Notes: generated by a model not told the origin, from the letters alone. Shown: positions 9,587 to 20,142, counted from the stretch's first letter. The stretch: DNA of 64,000 nt from an uncultured Gammaproteobacteria bacterium (GCA_964582365.1 CAZOQV010000001.1:12712-76711); one strand, 5' to 3'. A program made the numbers and translations.

Positions 9587-10654
9587 ATGAACAAATATCC
9601 GCTCTGTTTGTCGCTTGATGATGTTCTTTTATTACCTCAATTTTCTAAAATAAATTCTCGGTCAGAAGTCGATTTATCTTGGAAAATGGGTGATATTAAG
9701 TTAAAATTACCCTTAATTTCGGCCAATATGGATTGTGTTACTGGTGTCGACATGGCTGTTGCCTTAGGTAAAATTGGGGGACTTGGTGTAATTCCTCGTT
9801 TTGACAAACCAGAAATTCAATGTCAAAAAATTACAAAAATTAAGGCCGCCGGTGTTCCTGTTGCCGGTTCAATTGGTATTAAAGATGACGAATGGCAACG
9901 ACTTGAACTCCTAATCAAAACGGGTGTTGATCATATTAATATTGATGTTGCTCATGGCCATTTAAAACGAGTTCAAGATTTTTCTTATCAAATTAAAAAG
10001 AAATATCCCTTTATTAATTTATCAGCCGGAGTTGTTGGAACAGCCGATGGTGCCCGTGATCTTTTCAAAGCCGGTGTTGATATTGTTAAAGTTGGTGTTG
10101 GCCCTGGCAGTATTTGCACTACCAGAATTATGACTGGTTGTGGTGCTCCTCAGTTTACTGCCATCACCGATTGTGCCAAAGTTTCAAGACATTATCATAA
10201 AATAATTTGGGCTGATGGTGGTGTTAAAAATTCTGGTGATGCTGTCAAATGTTTGGCCGCCGGTGCCTCTGCTGTTGTTTTGGGTAATGTTTTTGCTGGT
10301 ACTGACGAAGCCCCTCCAGAAATTATTGATATTAATGGTCAAAAATATAAATCTTATAACGGTTCAACCAGTTCCATCGAAAAACAAAGACAATTAGGAA
10401 AAAATAACTCTGATAAAAACGGTCAGTATCTTAATCATATTGAAGGAGTTGAAGGATTTGTTCCTTACAAAGGTCCTCTGCTAGCACTAGTTGAAAAATT
10501 TATTGCGGGTATTAGATCTGGTTATTCTTATTGTGGAGCCACTAATACTCAAGAACTTTGGAAAAAAGCTAAATTTATTCAAGTCACCGCCGCCGGCCTT
10601 CGTGAAAATAATTTTCACGACATCATTTCTTCGTTGCCATCGTCACATAAATAA
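9587..10654 (+). CDS. IMP dehydrogenase/GMP reductase family enzyme lacking CBS domains
   Basis: [31 protein letters not shown] (catalytic Cys), ADGG, EGVEG. Confidence 0.9.
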   Translation: MNKYPLCLSLDDVLLLPQFSKINSRSEVDLSWKMGDIKLKLPLISANMDCVTGVDMAVALGKIGGLGVIPRFDKPEIQCQKITKIKAAGVPVAGSIGIKDDEWQRLELLIKTGVDHINIDVAHGHLKRVQDFSYQIKKKYPFINLSAGVVGTADGARDLFKAGVDIVKVGVGPGSICTTRIMTGCGAPQFTAITDCAKVSRHYHKIIWADGGVKNSGDAVKCLAAGASAVVLGNVFAGTDEAPPEIIDINGQKYKSYNGSTSSIEKQRQLGKNNSDKNGQYLNHIEGVEGFVPYKGPLLALVEKFIAGIRSGYSYCGATNTQELWKKAKFIQVTAAGLRENNFHDIISSLPSSHK

Positions 10655-10709
10655 TTTAATTTGACCTATTTTGTGATATAAACAGTATGATAATTATCAT
10701 ATCTAATTT

Positions 10710-11339
10710 ATGAGTTTTCACAAAGAAACAGTTCGTGCTAATGAAGTTTTAAATGCTTACAATATCCGAAATAGAATTACTTTTGATAATCTAAATTTAG
10801 ATGGTCAAAATCACAACATACTCGATTTTGGTTGTGGGTATGGAACGCCGACTCATATTTTAGCCGAATCAATTCCACATATAGACATTATTGGATACGA
10901 TATTTCTTCAGAGAGAGTAGATAAAGCAAAACGTTTGTATTGGTCAAAACATATGGATAATATTAACTTTACTTCATCAGCGGAAGAAGTAAACAAAAAT
11001 AGTCCTTATAACAATATTATTTCTTCTTTTGTATTAGAACATTCGGGTACAGAAGTCTTAATTTATTTTAAAGATCTTTTAAAAATAGGAGGTAAATTAA
11101 TTATATTTTTTTACGATATTAAAGGAAAGGATATCGGCAACTTTGGTTTTTATACTGGTGAGGAACAAAACACTATTAAAAATATAGGACTCGAAGAATC
11201 ATTGCGAATATGGTCTAAAAATGGTGTATCAGATTATATTAAAAGTGTTCAAGATGCTGGATTTTCTGTTTTAAAAACAAAAAAATTTCCTCGAAGTAAA
11301 GGTAAATATTCTTATTTAGTTGCTCAAAAAAAGAACTAG
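10710..11339 (+). CDS. Class I SAM-dependent methyltransferase
   Basis: ILDFGCGYG motif I, IIGYDIS motif II, LKIGG. Confidence 0.85.
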   Translation: MSFHKETVRANEVLNAYNIRNRITFDNLNLDGQNHNILDFGCGYGTPTHILAESIPHIDIIGYDISSERVDKAKRLYWSKHMDNINFTSSAEEVNKNSPYNNIISSFVLEHSGTEVLIYFKDLLKIGGKLIIFFYDIKGKDIGNFGFYTGEEQNTIKNIGLEESLRIWSKNGVSDYIKSVQDAGFSVLKTKKFPRSKGKYSYLVAQKKN

Positions 11340-12089
11340 TTAATTTTTCTTTGCAATTATCGCCATAAATAAGGGAAATTCTTTTCTCGACTTATCTTCC
11401 ATATAAGCCTTAGATCCGGTGCTTTTTTTATCAGAAATCCATTCTTCAATTTTTTCAATACTAAATCCATTATCAAAAAGCATTTCACTGTAAGCCGACA
11501 GGGGATAATGAAACGACCACGTATTTTCGCTTTCTTTTTTTCCCGGATGAGCCACAATTGAAATTTCTTGTGGAGTCATATAATTATCAATTCTTCGATA
11601 TTGAATTTTTTTATTTACATCTTCGCCCCAAGAACTATGTTGAGGAATTCTAAAAATTGGATGATTTAAAACTATTACTAATTTCCCCCCTTTTTTCAAA
11701 TGTTTAGCAAAATTCCTAATTACTCCAAACGGTTTTTTAATATTCTGTAACGCTAAAATAACTGCTCCACTATCAAAATTATTTTTTACAATTGGTAAAT
11801 CTTTGCTCGCATCTGCCACATAAAATCGATGATTTGGATTTGTTTTCTTATTCTCAGCTTCTCGAATTAAATTACCCGCCAAATCAATTCCAAAATATTC
11901 CACCTTTTTATCCAAACTTCTTTCTAGTATTCCCTGTCCACAGGCTAAATCTAAAATAGATTCTCTTTCTTTTAATTTTAAAATTCTATTTAAATTTGGC
12001 ATTATTATATGTTGGTGATAGTAGTGTCCTTCATCACCGACTGCTTTGTTGTACCACCTACTTACTTTTTGCCAAGAACTGTTTTCCAT
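11340..12089 (-). CDS. Class I SAM-dependent methyltransferase
   Basis: ILDLACGQG, GIDL, LKKGG, NHP motifs. Confidence 0.85.
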   Translation of the reverse strand: MENSSWQKVSRWYNKAVGDEGHYYHQHIIMPNLNRILKLKERESILDLACGQGILERSLDKKVEYFGIDLAGNLIREAENKKTNPNHRFYVADASKDLPIVKNNFDSGAVILALQNIKKPFGVIRNFAKHLKKGGKLVIVLNHPIFRIPQHSSWGEDVNKKIQYRRIDNYMTPQEISIVAHPGKKESENTWSFHYPLSAYSEMLFDNGFSIEKIEEWISDKKSTGSKAYMEDKSRKEFPLFMAIIAKKN

Positions 12090-12141
12090 GATTGAATTTT
12101 AACATTTTTGTTAATTTCCACCAAAAGTAATATAATAAGTT

Positions 12142-12786
12142 ATGAAAATTAATAAAATTTATGTCATTTTTCCCCTTATTTTAATTCTCATTTCTTTTGT
12201 TTTAGCCATCTTTTTTTATCCCATTTTTCCATCTCAAATTGCCACTCATTGGGGAATAAGCGGTCAAGCCGATGGTTATTCTTCAAAAGCTTTTGGCTTA
12301 TTTTTTATGCCGATTTTATCGGTCGTTTTATTTTTTCTTTTTATTTCTTTACCAAAAATAGATCCTTACAAAAAAAATTTTGATCAATTTAAAAAATATT
12401 TTCAAAATTTTATCAACCTAATTTTTGCCTTTTTCTTTTATATTTATTTAATTACCATTATTTGGAATTTAGGCTTTCGTTTCAACATGATTCAAATTCT
12501 TTGCCCGGCTTTTGCCGCCCTTTTTTATTATGCCGGAGTTTTAATGTCTCATGCCAAACGTAATTGGTTTGTTGGTATTCGCACTCCTTGGACTATGTCC
12601 AACGAAAAAGTTTGGGATAAAACCCATAAAATAGGTGGAAAACTTTTTAAACTAACTGGTATAATTTCTTTATTGTCTTTAATTTTACCTGATCTTTCAG
12701 TATTTTTTATTTTAGTTCCCATTCTTTTCACTACTATTTTTGTCTTTATTTATTCTTACGTTGAATATAAAAAAACCGTTATATAA
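12142..12786 (+). CDS. SdpI/YhfL-family membrane protein (DUF1648 + SdpI)
   Basis: ATHWGISGQADG, PKIDP, RNWFVGIRTPWT..VWDKTH..GG motifs. Confidence 0.9.
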   Translation: MKINKIYVIFPLILILISFVLAIFFYPIFPSQIATHWGISGQADGYSSKAFGLFFMPILSVVLFFLFISLPKIDPYKKNFDQFKKYFQNFINLIFAFFFYIYLITIIWNLGFRFNMIQILCPAFAALFYYAGVLMSHAKRNWFVGIRTPWTMSNEKVWDKTHKIGGKLFKLTGIISLLSLILPDLSVFFILVPILFTTIFVFIYSYVEYKKTVI

Positions 12787-12793
12787 TATCAAG

Positions 12794-13549
12794 ATGATTA
12801 TTATTAAAACCCCATCTCAGATTGAAGGAATTCGTAAATCGTCCCATTTAGCCGCGGAAACTCTCAGACATCTTTCAACTTTTATTAAACCAGGTATTTC
12901 CACTGAAGCCTTAAATCAGATTGGTCATAAATATATTATCGATCATGGTGCTATTCCAGCTCCTCTAAACTACAATGGCTTTCCCAAAAGTATTTGTACT
13001 TCAACTAATAATGTTGTTTGCCATGGCATTCCTTCTCCCAAAGAAATTTTAAAAGAAGGGGACATTATCAATATTGATATCACCACCATTTTAAACGGTT
13101 ACTATGGCGATGTTTCCGCTTCTTTTCCGGTTGGGAAAATCAGTCAAAAATCTCAAAAACTAATTGATATTGCTAAAAAATGTCTTAACGATTCTATTAA
13201 GTGCCTTAAACCAGGTAAATATTTAAACGATTGCGTTGGTAAAATTATCGAGCCAATTGCTAAAAAAAATGGTTATAGTGTTGTTCAAGATCTTGGCGGT
13301 CACGGTGTTGGTCTTAATTTTCACGAAGAACCTTTTGTTTATCATTTTGATACCAGTCAAGAAAAAGTAATTCTAAAACCAGGAATGATTTTTACTATTG
13401 AACCAATGATAAATGATTCTCTAAATTGTCAAATTACACTCGATCGTGGCGATGGCTGGACTATTCGTACTTTTGATGGTTGCAACTCGGCTCAATTTGA
13501 ACACACCATTCTAATAACCAAAAATGGTTATGAAATATTAACAATTTGA
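12794..13549 (+). CDS. map: Methionine aminopeptidase type I
   Basis: CHGIP, DIINID, GHGVG..FHEEP, FTIEPMIN, AQFEHT. Start moved to ATG 12794 (MIIIKT). Confidence 0.95.
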   Translation: MIIIKTPSQIEGIRKSSHLAAETLRHLSTFIKPGISTEALNQIGHKYIIDHGAIPAPLNYNGFPKSICTSTNNVVCHGIPSPKEILKEGDIINIDITTILNGYYGDVSASFPVGKISQKSQKLIDIAKKCLNDSIKCLKPGKYLNDCVGKIIEPIAKKNGYSVVQDLGGHGVGLNFHEEPFVYHFDTSQEKVILKPGMIFTIEPMINDSLNCQITLDRGDGWTIRTFDGCNSAQFEHTILITKNGYEILTI

Positions 13550-13585
13550 TAACTTTAAAAACTTTATAACTTGATAAACTAAACT

Positions 13586-14419
13586 ATGATCATTCTTGAC
13601 GGCAAAAAACTTTCAGAAAAATTTTTAAATTATTTGAAATTAGAAATTGGAAATTTAGGAATTAAACCAACTCTAGATATAATTATTGTCGGTTCTGATC
13701 CTTCCAGTCAAAAATATGTTGCCATGAAACAGGAAAAAGCTCAATCGATTGGTATCGGTGGTTCAATTCATCAACTTAATCAAGATTCCACCACTGAAGA
13801 AGTTTTATCCTTAGTTCAAAATTTAAACCAAAATAAAAATGTTAACGCTTTTATGATTCAATTGCCTCTTCCTCCTCAAATTGACACTCAAAAAGTATTA
13901 TTAGCCATCGATCCTAAAAAAGATGCTGACGGTCTTAGTCCTTGTAATTTAGGTCTTCTTTTTCAGAAAAAATCCAACGGAATTCCTTCCGCCACTGCCT
14001 TTGGAATTATGAGGTTATTAGAAGAGTATAAAATTAATGTCAGCGGTAAAAATGCGGTAATAATTGGTCGTAGTTCAGAGGTCTCAATTCCATTATTTGC
14101 CTTACTTATGGCCAAAAATGCCACAGTAACTATTTGTCACACCCACACCGAAAACCTAAAAGAAATTTGTTCCCAAGCTGATATTTTAGTTTCTTCAATT
14201 GGTAAACCAAAGTTTTTTGGTCCAGATTTTGTCAAACAAGATGCTGTTGTTATTGATGTTGGTTTCGCCACTGATCCTGCTACTGGCAAAACTACTGGTG
14301 ATTTTGATTTTGATCAAGTTGCCAAAAAAACCAGTTTTATTACTCCCGTTCCCGGTGGTGTCGGCCCTATGACCGTCACTTCACTTCTTTTCAATACCGT
14401 CCAAATCGCCAAAAATTAG
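13586..14419 (+). CDS. folD: Methylenetetrahydrofolate dehydrogenase/cyclohydrolase
   Basis: ILDGK, YxxxK, QLPLP, KDADG, IGRS, TPVPGGVGPMT. Confidence 0.95.
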   Translation: MIILDGKKLSEKFLNYLKLEIGNLGIKPTLDIIIVGSDPSSQKYVAMKQEKAQSIGIGGSIHQLNQDSTTEEVLSLVQNLNQNKNVNAFMIQLPLPPQIDTQKVLLAIDPKKDADGLSPCNLGLLFQKKSNGIPSATAFGIMRLLEEYKINVSGKNAVIIGRSSEVSIPLFALLMAKNATVTICHTHTENLKEICSQADILVSSIGKPKFFGPDFVKQDAVVIDVGFATDPATGKTTGDFDFDQVAKKTSFITPVPGGVGPMTVTSLLFNTVQIAKN

Positions 14420-14425
14420 TTTGTT

Positions 14426-15412
14426 TTAGTAACTAGTCTGATAAGTAGAAAATACATCAGGAACTAATTGACCTCCATTATCAAGAATTTTTTTTGCCGC
14501 TTGGTCTCCTTTAAGAAAATAATCAAACCAGGCCCCACCAAAAGTGATTGTCGTTTCAAGTACTTTACTGTTTGCCATTGTTGGTTTTTTATCTAACATT
14601 GCCGCTACCGCGTCCCCAGATACTGATCCAGTTGGCGAAAATTGAACATGATTAGCTCCATTAAGAATAAGCAATGCTTTTTTAGCTTTAGTTGTTAAAC
14701 CATAAAGGGTTTTTGATGCTTCTGGAGTCACAATACTATCCAAAGTTCCGGCCAAATACATAATTGGTACACTAGTTGAAGAAATATTACTATATATAGT
14801 ATTCATTGATTTTTCTATATATTTTCCCAATAATAAGTTTGTTGTTAAGCTTGATACCAACTTCATTGCTCCAGTGCTTTTATCTGCCGGTGCAATTGCT
14901 AAAACTGCCTTTAGGTTTGCTGTTCCAGTAGTAAATAACGCCACATCTGCCCCCATTGAATGACCAACTATTCCCACTTTGCTTAAATCTACTTTACCTG
15001 TTAAAGAAGTTTCAAATTTATTTTTAGAAGATAAATAGGCTAAAAGAAAATTAGTTAATCTTTTTCCTTCTTCCATATTTACTCCTGGGATTATTCGATT
15101 AGGCATTGCCACAATATATCCTTTATTCGCCATAGCTTCGGCAAACCAAACATAATAAGAATACTGTGCTGCCATTCCATGGTTAACAATAATCACTGGA
15201 TAAGGAGATGGGTTTTGATTAGTTCCAGATGGATAATAAAGTCCAAATTTGTAAATACCAAGATTTATATCCTCTTTAGCATAAGTTGCGGCTAGCACTT
15301 CCGGTTTCTTTACTAAAAAAAGAGAAACCCCGATTATTAATCCCAACATAATCACCGATAACGTTGGTATGGGTTTAAACCAAGAAAACAAATTCTTTTT
15401 GGTAGATTTCAT
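14426..15412 (-). CDS. Exported alpha/beta hydrolase (chlorophyllase/cutinase-like)
   Basis: N-terminal hydrophobic helix, NHG oxyanion region, GHSMG nucleophile elbow, GTLD, GANH. Confidence 0.8.
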   Translation of the reverse strand: MKSTKKNLFSWFKPIPTLSVIMLGLIIGVSLFLVKKPEVLAATYAKEDINLGIYKFGLYYPSGTNQNPSPYPVIIVNHGMAAQYSYYVWFAEAMANKGYIVAMPNRIIPGVNMEEGKRLTNFLLAYLSSKNKFETSLTGKVDLSKVGIVGHSMGADVALFTTGTANLKAVLAIAPADKSTGAMKLVSSLTTNLLLGKYIEKSMNTIYSNISSTSVPIMYLAGTLDSIVTPEASKTLYGLTTKAKKALLILNGANHVQFSPTGSVSGDAVAAMLDKKPTMANSKVLETTITFGGAWFDYFLKGDQAAKKILDNGGQLVPDVFSTYQTSY

Positions 15413-15507
15413 ATACTAGTTAAATACTTATTTCAACCTATGTCAAGCATTATTAATTAATTTAGCTTTATTTTTTTAAAAAAATATAATTTTGATATAA
15501 TCTTTTT

Positions 15508-15750
15508 ATGAAAATACAACTTTTTGACCGTGGAACCCCAAAAGGTAAACAATTATTTACTAATCTTGAAGAAGTCTGTCGACGACTTCAAATCGATTGG
15601 GATCCAGAATATATTAAAGACATGTCTCGGGTAATTAGTATGGGTCTTCAAGGCAACACTATTCTTTTAATCGACAACGAAGTTGCTTTTATGGATAAAT
15701 ATCCATCAACCAAAGAACTAGAATCAATTATTAGTGATTTTCAAAAATAA
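15508..15750 (+). CDS. Small thioredoxin-fold protein (MTH895-like) without CxxC
   Basis: MKIQL..G(TPKG)KQL..NLEE..LLIDNEV...PSTKEL follows the small redox-active disulfide protein 2 pattern. Confidence 0.6.
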   Translation: MKIQLFDRGTPKGKQLFTNLEEVCRRLQIDWDPEYIKDMSRVISMGLQGNTILLIDNEVAFMDKYPSTKELESIISDFQK

Positions 15751-15751
15751 A

Positions 15752-15961
15752 ATGTTTTTTAAAAAAATTTGTCGTCATCTTGTTAAAAACAAATTATTTC
15801 TCACGATTCTAGAAGCTTTTGCTTTTGTCACGATATGGCGCGGAACTTGGGGTCTTTTAGATAAATATTTATTTCCCGATTCACCTCAAATTAGTTATTT
15901 AACTTCAATCGCTATTGGTCTTACTTTACTTTTTATTTTTAGAGATAAATTAATCGATTAA
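15752..15961 (+). CDS. Small two-TM membrane protein (WRGxWxLLDxY motif)
   Basis: ATG 1 nt after the upstream stop; two hydrophobic segments. Confidence 0.65.
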   Translation: MFFKKICRHLVKNKLFLTILEAFAFVTIWRGTWGLLDKYLFPDSPQISYLTSIAIGLTLLFIFRDKLID

Positions 15962-16696
15962 AAATAATCTCTTCGCATTTTCATCAATTATTTTTTCTGT
16001 TTCTTTAAAACGTAATTTCCAAATTTCCGCTACTTTTTCATAAATATATTTAACATATTCTGGTTTATTTTCTTCGCCTCTAAAAGGTACTGGCGTTAAA
16101 TAAGGGCAATCAGTTTCTAATAACAACCTATCTTTGGGTATATTTTTAACAATTTCTTCTAATCCAATTTCATAAGTCAAATTTCCATCAATTCCAAAAT
16201 ACCAATTTTCTCCTAAATCAATTACTTTTTTAATTCTTTTATTTCCCCCAGCATAACAATGAAAAACACCAGATAAATTTTTATATTCTTTCAGAATTTC
16301 TATTACTTCATCAACTGCTTTTCTAGCATGAATTATCAATGGTTTTTTATATTTTATTGCCAATTCGATTTGCGTTCTAAAAAGTTTTTCCTGCTTGTCC
16401 GCCATAGCTTTAGCGTCGGCGGATTTGTCTGGTAAATCAGAGTAATCCAATCCGCATTCACCAATAGCTACAATTTTTTTATGATTTTTTTTGACTATTT
16501 TTTTAAGTTCGGCAGGGGAGTTATCAGCTTCTTGTGGATGAATACCTACGCTAACTAATAACTTATCAGGATATTTTTTACCTAAAATAAGGTTATTTTT
16601 AGAAGTTTCGATTGTTGCCGCCGCTAAAATAATTTTATCAATCCCCTTGTCAATGTCGCACAATCTCCCTTCCAGATGAGCATGTGTATCAATCAT
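15950..16696 (-). CDS. tatD: TatD-family hydrolase
   Basis: IDTHAHL, GIHP, AIGECGLDY, IIHAR, GVFHCY, LETDCPY. Confidence 0.95.
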   Translation of the reverse strand: MIDTHAHLEGRLCDIDKGIDKIILAAATIETSKNNLILGKKYPDKLLVSVGIHPQEADNSPAELKKIVKKNHKKIVAIGECGLDYSDLPDKSADAKAMADKQEKLFRTQIELAIKYKKPLIIHARKAVDEVIEILKEYKNLSGVFHCYAGGNKRIKKVIDLGENWYFGIDGNLTYEIGLEEIVKNIPKDRLLLETDCPYLTPVPFRGEENKPEYVKYIYEKVAEIWKLRFKETEKIIDENAKRLFLID

Positions 16697-16697
16697 C

Positions 16698-18104
16698 TTA
16701 TTTTATCCTTGGAAATAAAGATTTTTCCAACGGTTTTACCTCATTTTTAAAACAATTTTCGATTTTTTTGGCCACTTCTGGCATCACAATTTGTAAGTGG
16801 TAGGAGGCAGTTTGAATATTTTTGATACATTCATTTAACACCGCAATTCTTTCTGGATTATCTTTTTCTAATTTCCATGGAGTAGTTTGATTTAGTTTTA
16901 AATTTGACGCATCAATCCATTTTTCAAACACCAAATTAATAGCTTCATCTAATTTTAAATTGTCAATCAATTTCTCAAATTCATTATCAAATTCAATTTT
17001 AATTTCTTCTGTTTTTACACCTTCAGATAATTTAGCTACTCTGGAAACTAAATTCCCTAAATTATTAGCCAAATCAGCATTATATTTTTCTTTAAATCTC
17101 TCCATTCCCACATCACTATCATTATCCGTCGGAAAAGATCTGGCCACTAAATATCTAGCCCCCTCCACTCCGAATATGTCAACTAATTGTCGTGGTGAGA
17201 TAACATTTCCCAAAGATTTCGACATTTTTTGTCCATCAACCATGTAAAAACTATGAGTATAAGTTTTTTTAGGTAACGCAATTTTGGCTGACAATAACAT
17301 TGCTTGCCAAATCACCGTATGAAACCACAAAATTTCTTTACCCAATAAATGTAAGTCAGCTGGCCAAAAATCCTTTTTACCTTCTAAAAATTGAGTTGCA
17401 CTATAATAATTTATTAAAGCATCAAACCACACATAAACAGTTTGTTTTGAATCCCAAGGAGTAGGAATTCCCCAAGCTACATTTTCCCTAGAAATTGACA
17501 CATCTCTAATTCCACTCTTTAATTTAGACAATATCTCTATTTTTTTTCCTTCTGGAAAAATATAATTAGTTTTTTCGTCTTCAATTAAATTAATAATTTG
17601 ATGAATATATTTACTTAATCTAAAAAACCAATTTTCTTCACTTTTAAAAACTGTTTTTTCTGGTGGGTGAAGATTGCAATGTTTATCAATCAAATCAGCC
17701 TCAGTTAAAAATTTTTCACAACCGATACAGTATAAACCTTCATATTTATCTTTATATACATCGCCATTATCGTAAATTTTTTGTAAAACCTCAGCCACCA
17801 CTTTTTCATGTCTTGGATCTGTCGTTCTAATAAAAAAATCATTACTTATATTTAACTCTTTCCAAGCACATTCAAATCTGGGTGAAATTTTATCGCAGTA
17901 TTCTTTTGTTCCGCAACATTCTTTTTGAGCCGATTCTGCCACCTTTTGGCCATGTTCATCTGTTCCAGTTAAAAAGAAGACTTCTTCCCCTTTCGCTCGG
18001 TGCAATCTCGCCACCATATCCGCTGCCACAGTCGTGCAGGTGTGTCCAATATGAGGAACGTCGTTAATATAATAAATTGGTGTTGTTACAAAAAATTTCT
18101 TCAT
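16698..18104 (-). CDS. metG: Methionine--tRNA ligase (short form, no C-terminal tRNA-binding domain)
   Basis: TTPIYY..PHIGH, TGTDEHGQK, YVWFDAL, KMSKS. An alternative GTG start lies at 18107. Confidence 0.95.
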   Translation of the reverse strand: MKKFFVTTPIYYINDVPHIGHTCTTVAADMVARLHRAKGEEVFFLTGTDEHGQKVAESAQKECCGTKEYCDKISPRFECAWKELNISNDFFIRTTDPRHEKVVAEVLQKIYDNGDVYKDKYEGLYCIGCEKFLTEADLIDKHCNLHPPEKTVFKSEENWFFRLSKYIHQIINLIEDEKTNYIFPEGKKIEILSKLKSGIRDVSISRENVAWGIPTPWDSKQTVYVWFDALINYYSATQFLEGKKDFWPADLHLLGKEILWFHTVIWQAMLLSAKIALPKKTYTHSFYMVDGQKMSKSLGNVISPRQLVDIFGVEGARYLVARSFPTDNDSDVGMERFKEKYNADLANNLGNLVSRVAKLSEGVKTEEIKIEFDNEFEKLIDNLKLDEAINLVFEKWIDASNLKLNQTTPWKLEKDNPERIAVLNECIKNIQTASYHLQIVMPEVAKKIENCFKNEVKPLEKSLFPRIK

Positions 18105-18122
18105 CACCCTTATTTTCCCACA

Positions 18123-18443
18123 TTATTTAGTTTTTTTCTTGGTTACTTTTTTGATTACTTTCTTTGCGACCGCTTTTTTGGCCACAACTTTTTTAACACC
18201 TTCAGTTCCAGCTTTTTTAGAATAATGTGATTTAAGTCTGTCAGCTTTATTTTTATGAAAAAGATTATTCTTAACCGCTTTGTCGATAATAGAATAAACT
18301 CCTTTCAAAGATTCCTTGGTTGGTTTAGCTAAAAACTTTTTAACAGTAGTTTTTAACTTGTCTTTAAAAGAAACATTGTCCTTATGATTTTTCAAGGACT
18401 TTCTAAGTGATTTTTTTGCAGATAAACTAATTGGCATAGGCAT
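18123..18443 (-). CDS. rpsT: 30S ribosomal protein S20 with Lys-rich C-terminal tail
   Basis: SAKKSLR..IDKAVK..HKNKADRLKS. Confidence 0.9.
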   Translation of the reverse strand: MPMPISLSAKKSLRKSLKNHKDNVSFKDKLKTTVKKFLAKPTKESLKGVYSIIDKAVKNNLFHKNKADRLKSHYSKKAGTEGVKKVVAKKAVAKKVIKKVTKKKTK

Positions 18444-18511
18444 TATTTTATCTTAACAATTACTTTTTTACAACTATATATAATGGCTAGTAATCAGATA
18501 TAATTTAAATT

Positions 18512-20125
18512 ATGACCGTCAAAGAGAGAATCAGACTTATAAGTCAAAAAAAACAAAGTACTATTTTGTCCGCCTCTTTGGTTTTGGCCACCACTTTTAT
18601 TGCTTCTTCCATCCTTGGTCTTCTAAGAAATCGTTTTCTTTACGCTAAATTTTATTCTTGTTGTGTTGCTGATCTTGATGTTTACAACGCCGCTTTTCGC
18701 ATTCCAGATTTAATTTTCAAACTTTTAGTTACCGGAGTTTTATCCGCTTCATTTATACCTGTTTTTTCCAGTTATCTACATAAAAATAAAAAAGCGGCTG
18801 ATGAAATTGCTTCTAGTGTTATTAATTTGCTCTTAATTGCCTTTATTATTATTTCTTCACTTTCTTTTATTTTTATAAAACCAATTTCCAGTTTAATTGC
18901 CTCCGGTTTTTCAGCCGATCAATTAGTTTTAATGGCCAATATCAGTCGAATTTTACTTTTTGCTCAAATATTTTTTCTTCTTAGTAATTTTGTCACCGCC
19001 ATTTTGCAAGTCAATCAAAATTTTATTATTCCCGCTCTTTCCCCTATCGTTTACAACTTATTTATTATCATCAGTATTTTTACTCTAACTCCTATTTTTG
19101 GAATTTATGGCGTTGCTATTGGTACTGTTATTGGCGCTTTTTTCCATCTTGCCATTCAAATACCAGTACTTCGCCATCAAGGTTTCCTTTATTCTCGTCA
19201 AATTAATCTAAAATTATCCGGTGTTAAAGAAATTTTTAGACTCATGGTCCCCAGAGTTTTATCGCTTGGATTAGGTGAAATTGAAAGTACTGTCACACTA
19301 TTTTTTGCCAGTTCATTGGCCTCCGGCTCCATCTCTCTTTTGAATCTTGCTCTTCAATTTATGTATTTACCAAGTCGTATTTTTGGCACCACCGTTGGTC
19401 AAGCCTCACTTCCAGCTCTTTCCAAAAACATTGCCCAAAATGAAATAGATAAGTTTAGAAATACTGTTAATAAAATTATAATTCAAAGTTTATTTATTGC
19501 CGTTCCTGTAAGTGTTTTAATCTTAGTTGAAAGAGTTTCTATCATTAGAATTCTTTATGGATCTCAAGAATTTCCTTGGTCTGCCACCATATTAACCTCC
19601 AAAATTTTAGCTTTCTTAATTCCTGGAATTGTTTGTCAAGCTGTAGTTCAAATATTAATTCGAGCTTTTTATGCTCTTCATAATACCAAGATTCCTTTCG
19701 TAATCTCTGCTATTTCTCTAATAGTAAATATTGTTGCCAGTTTCTTATTTATTCGTTTTACCAATCTTGGTGTTCTCGGCTTGGCTATCAGTGTTTCTAT
19801 CGGTAATTTAATTCAACTTTTTGGTTTATTAATCATGTTTATCAAAATTGTTGACGGCTTTGATTGGTCTTTAATGTTTAGCAAGTTTTACAAAATATTA
19901 ATTTCTTCAATTTTTATGGGTATTGTGTCTTGGTTATCTATAAAATTTTTAGATCTTTTTATTTTAGATACTGCTCGTACAATTTCTGTTTTAATTTTAG
20001 CCACCATATCTTCACTTATTGGCTTATTTACCTATGTTTTTATTGTTGTTTTTTTAAAAATGGATGAGATTAAAGATTATCGAAAATATTATTTAAGATT
20101 CAAGGATTTTATTTTCCACAGATAG
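18512..20125 (+). CDS. murJ: Lipid II flippase MurJ (MviN)
   Basis: LGLLR, AAFRIPD, SASFIPVF, RAFYAL..TKIP; many TM helices. Confidence 0.9.
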   Translation: MTVKERIRLISQKKQSTILSASLVLATTFIASSILGLLRNRFLYAKFYSCCVADLDVYNAAFRIPDLIFKLLVTGVLSASFIPVFSSYLHKNKKAADEIASSVINLLLIAFIIISSLSFIFIKPISSLIASGFSADQLVLMANISRILLFAQIFFLLSNFVTAILQVNQNFIIPALSPIVYNLFIIISIFTLTPIFGIYGVAIGTVIGAFFHLAIQIPVLRHQGFLYSRQINLKLSGVKEIFRLMVPRVLSLGLGEIESTVTLFFASSLASGSISLLNLALQFMYLPSRIFGTTVGQASLPALSKNIAQNEIDKFRNTVNKIIIQSLFIAVPVSVLILVERVSIIRILYGSQEFPWSATILTSKILAFLIPGIVCQAVVQILIRAFYALHNTKIPFVISAISLIVNIVASFLFIRFTNLGVLGLAISVSIGNLIQLFGLLIMFIKIVDGFDWSLMFSKFYKILISSIFMGIVSWLSIKFLDLFILDTARTISVLILATISSLIGLFTYVFIVVFLKMDEIKDYRKYYLRFKDFIFHR

Positions 20126-20142
20126 TCATATATACTGAATAT

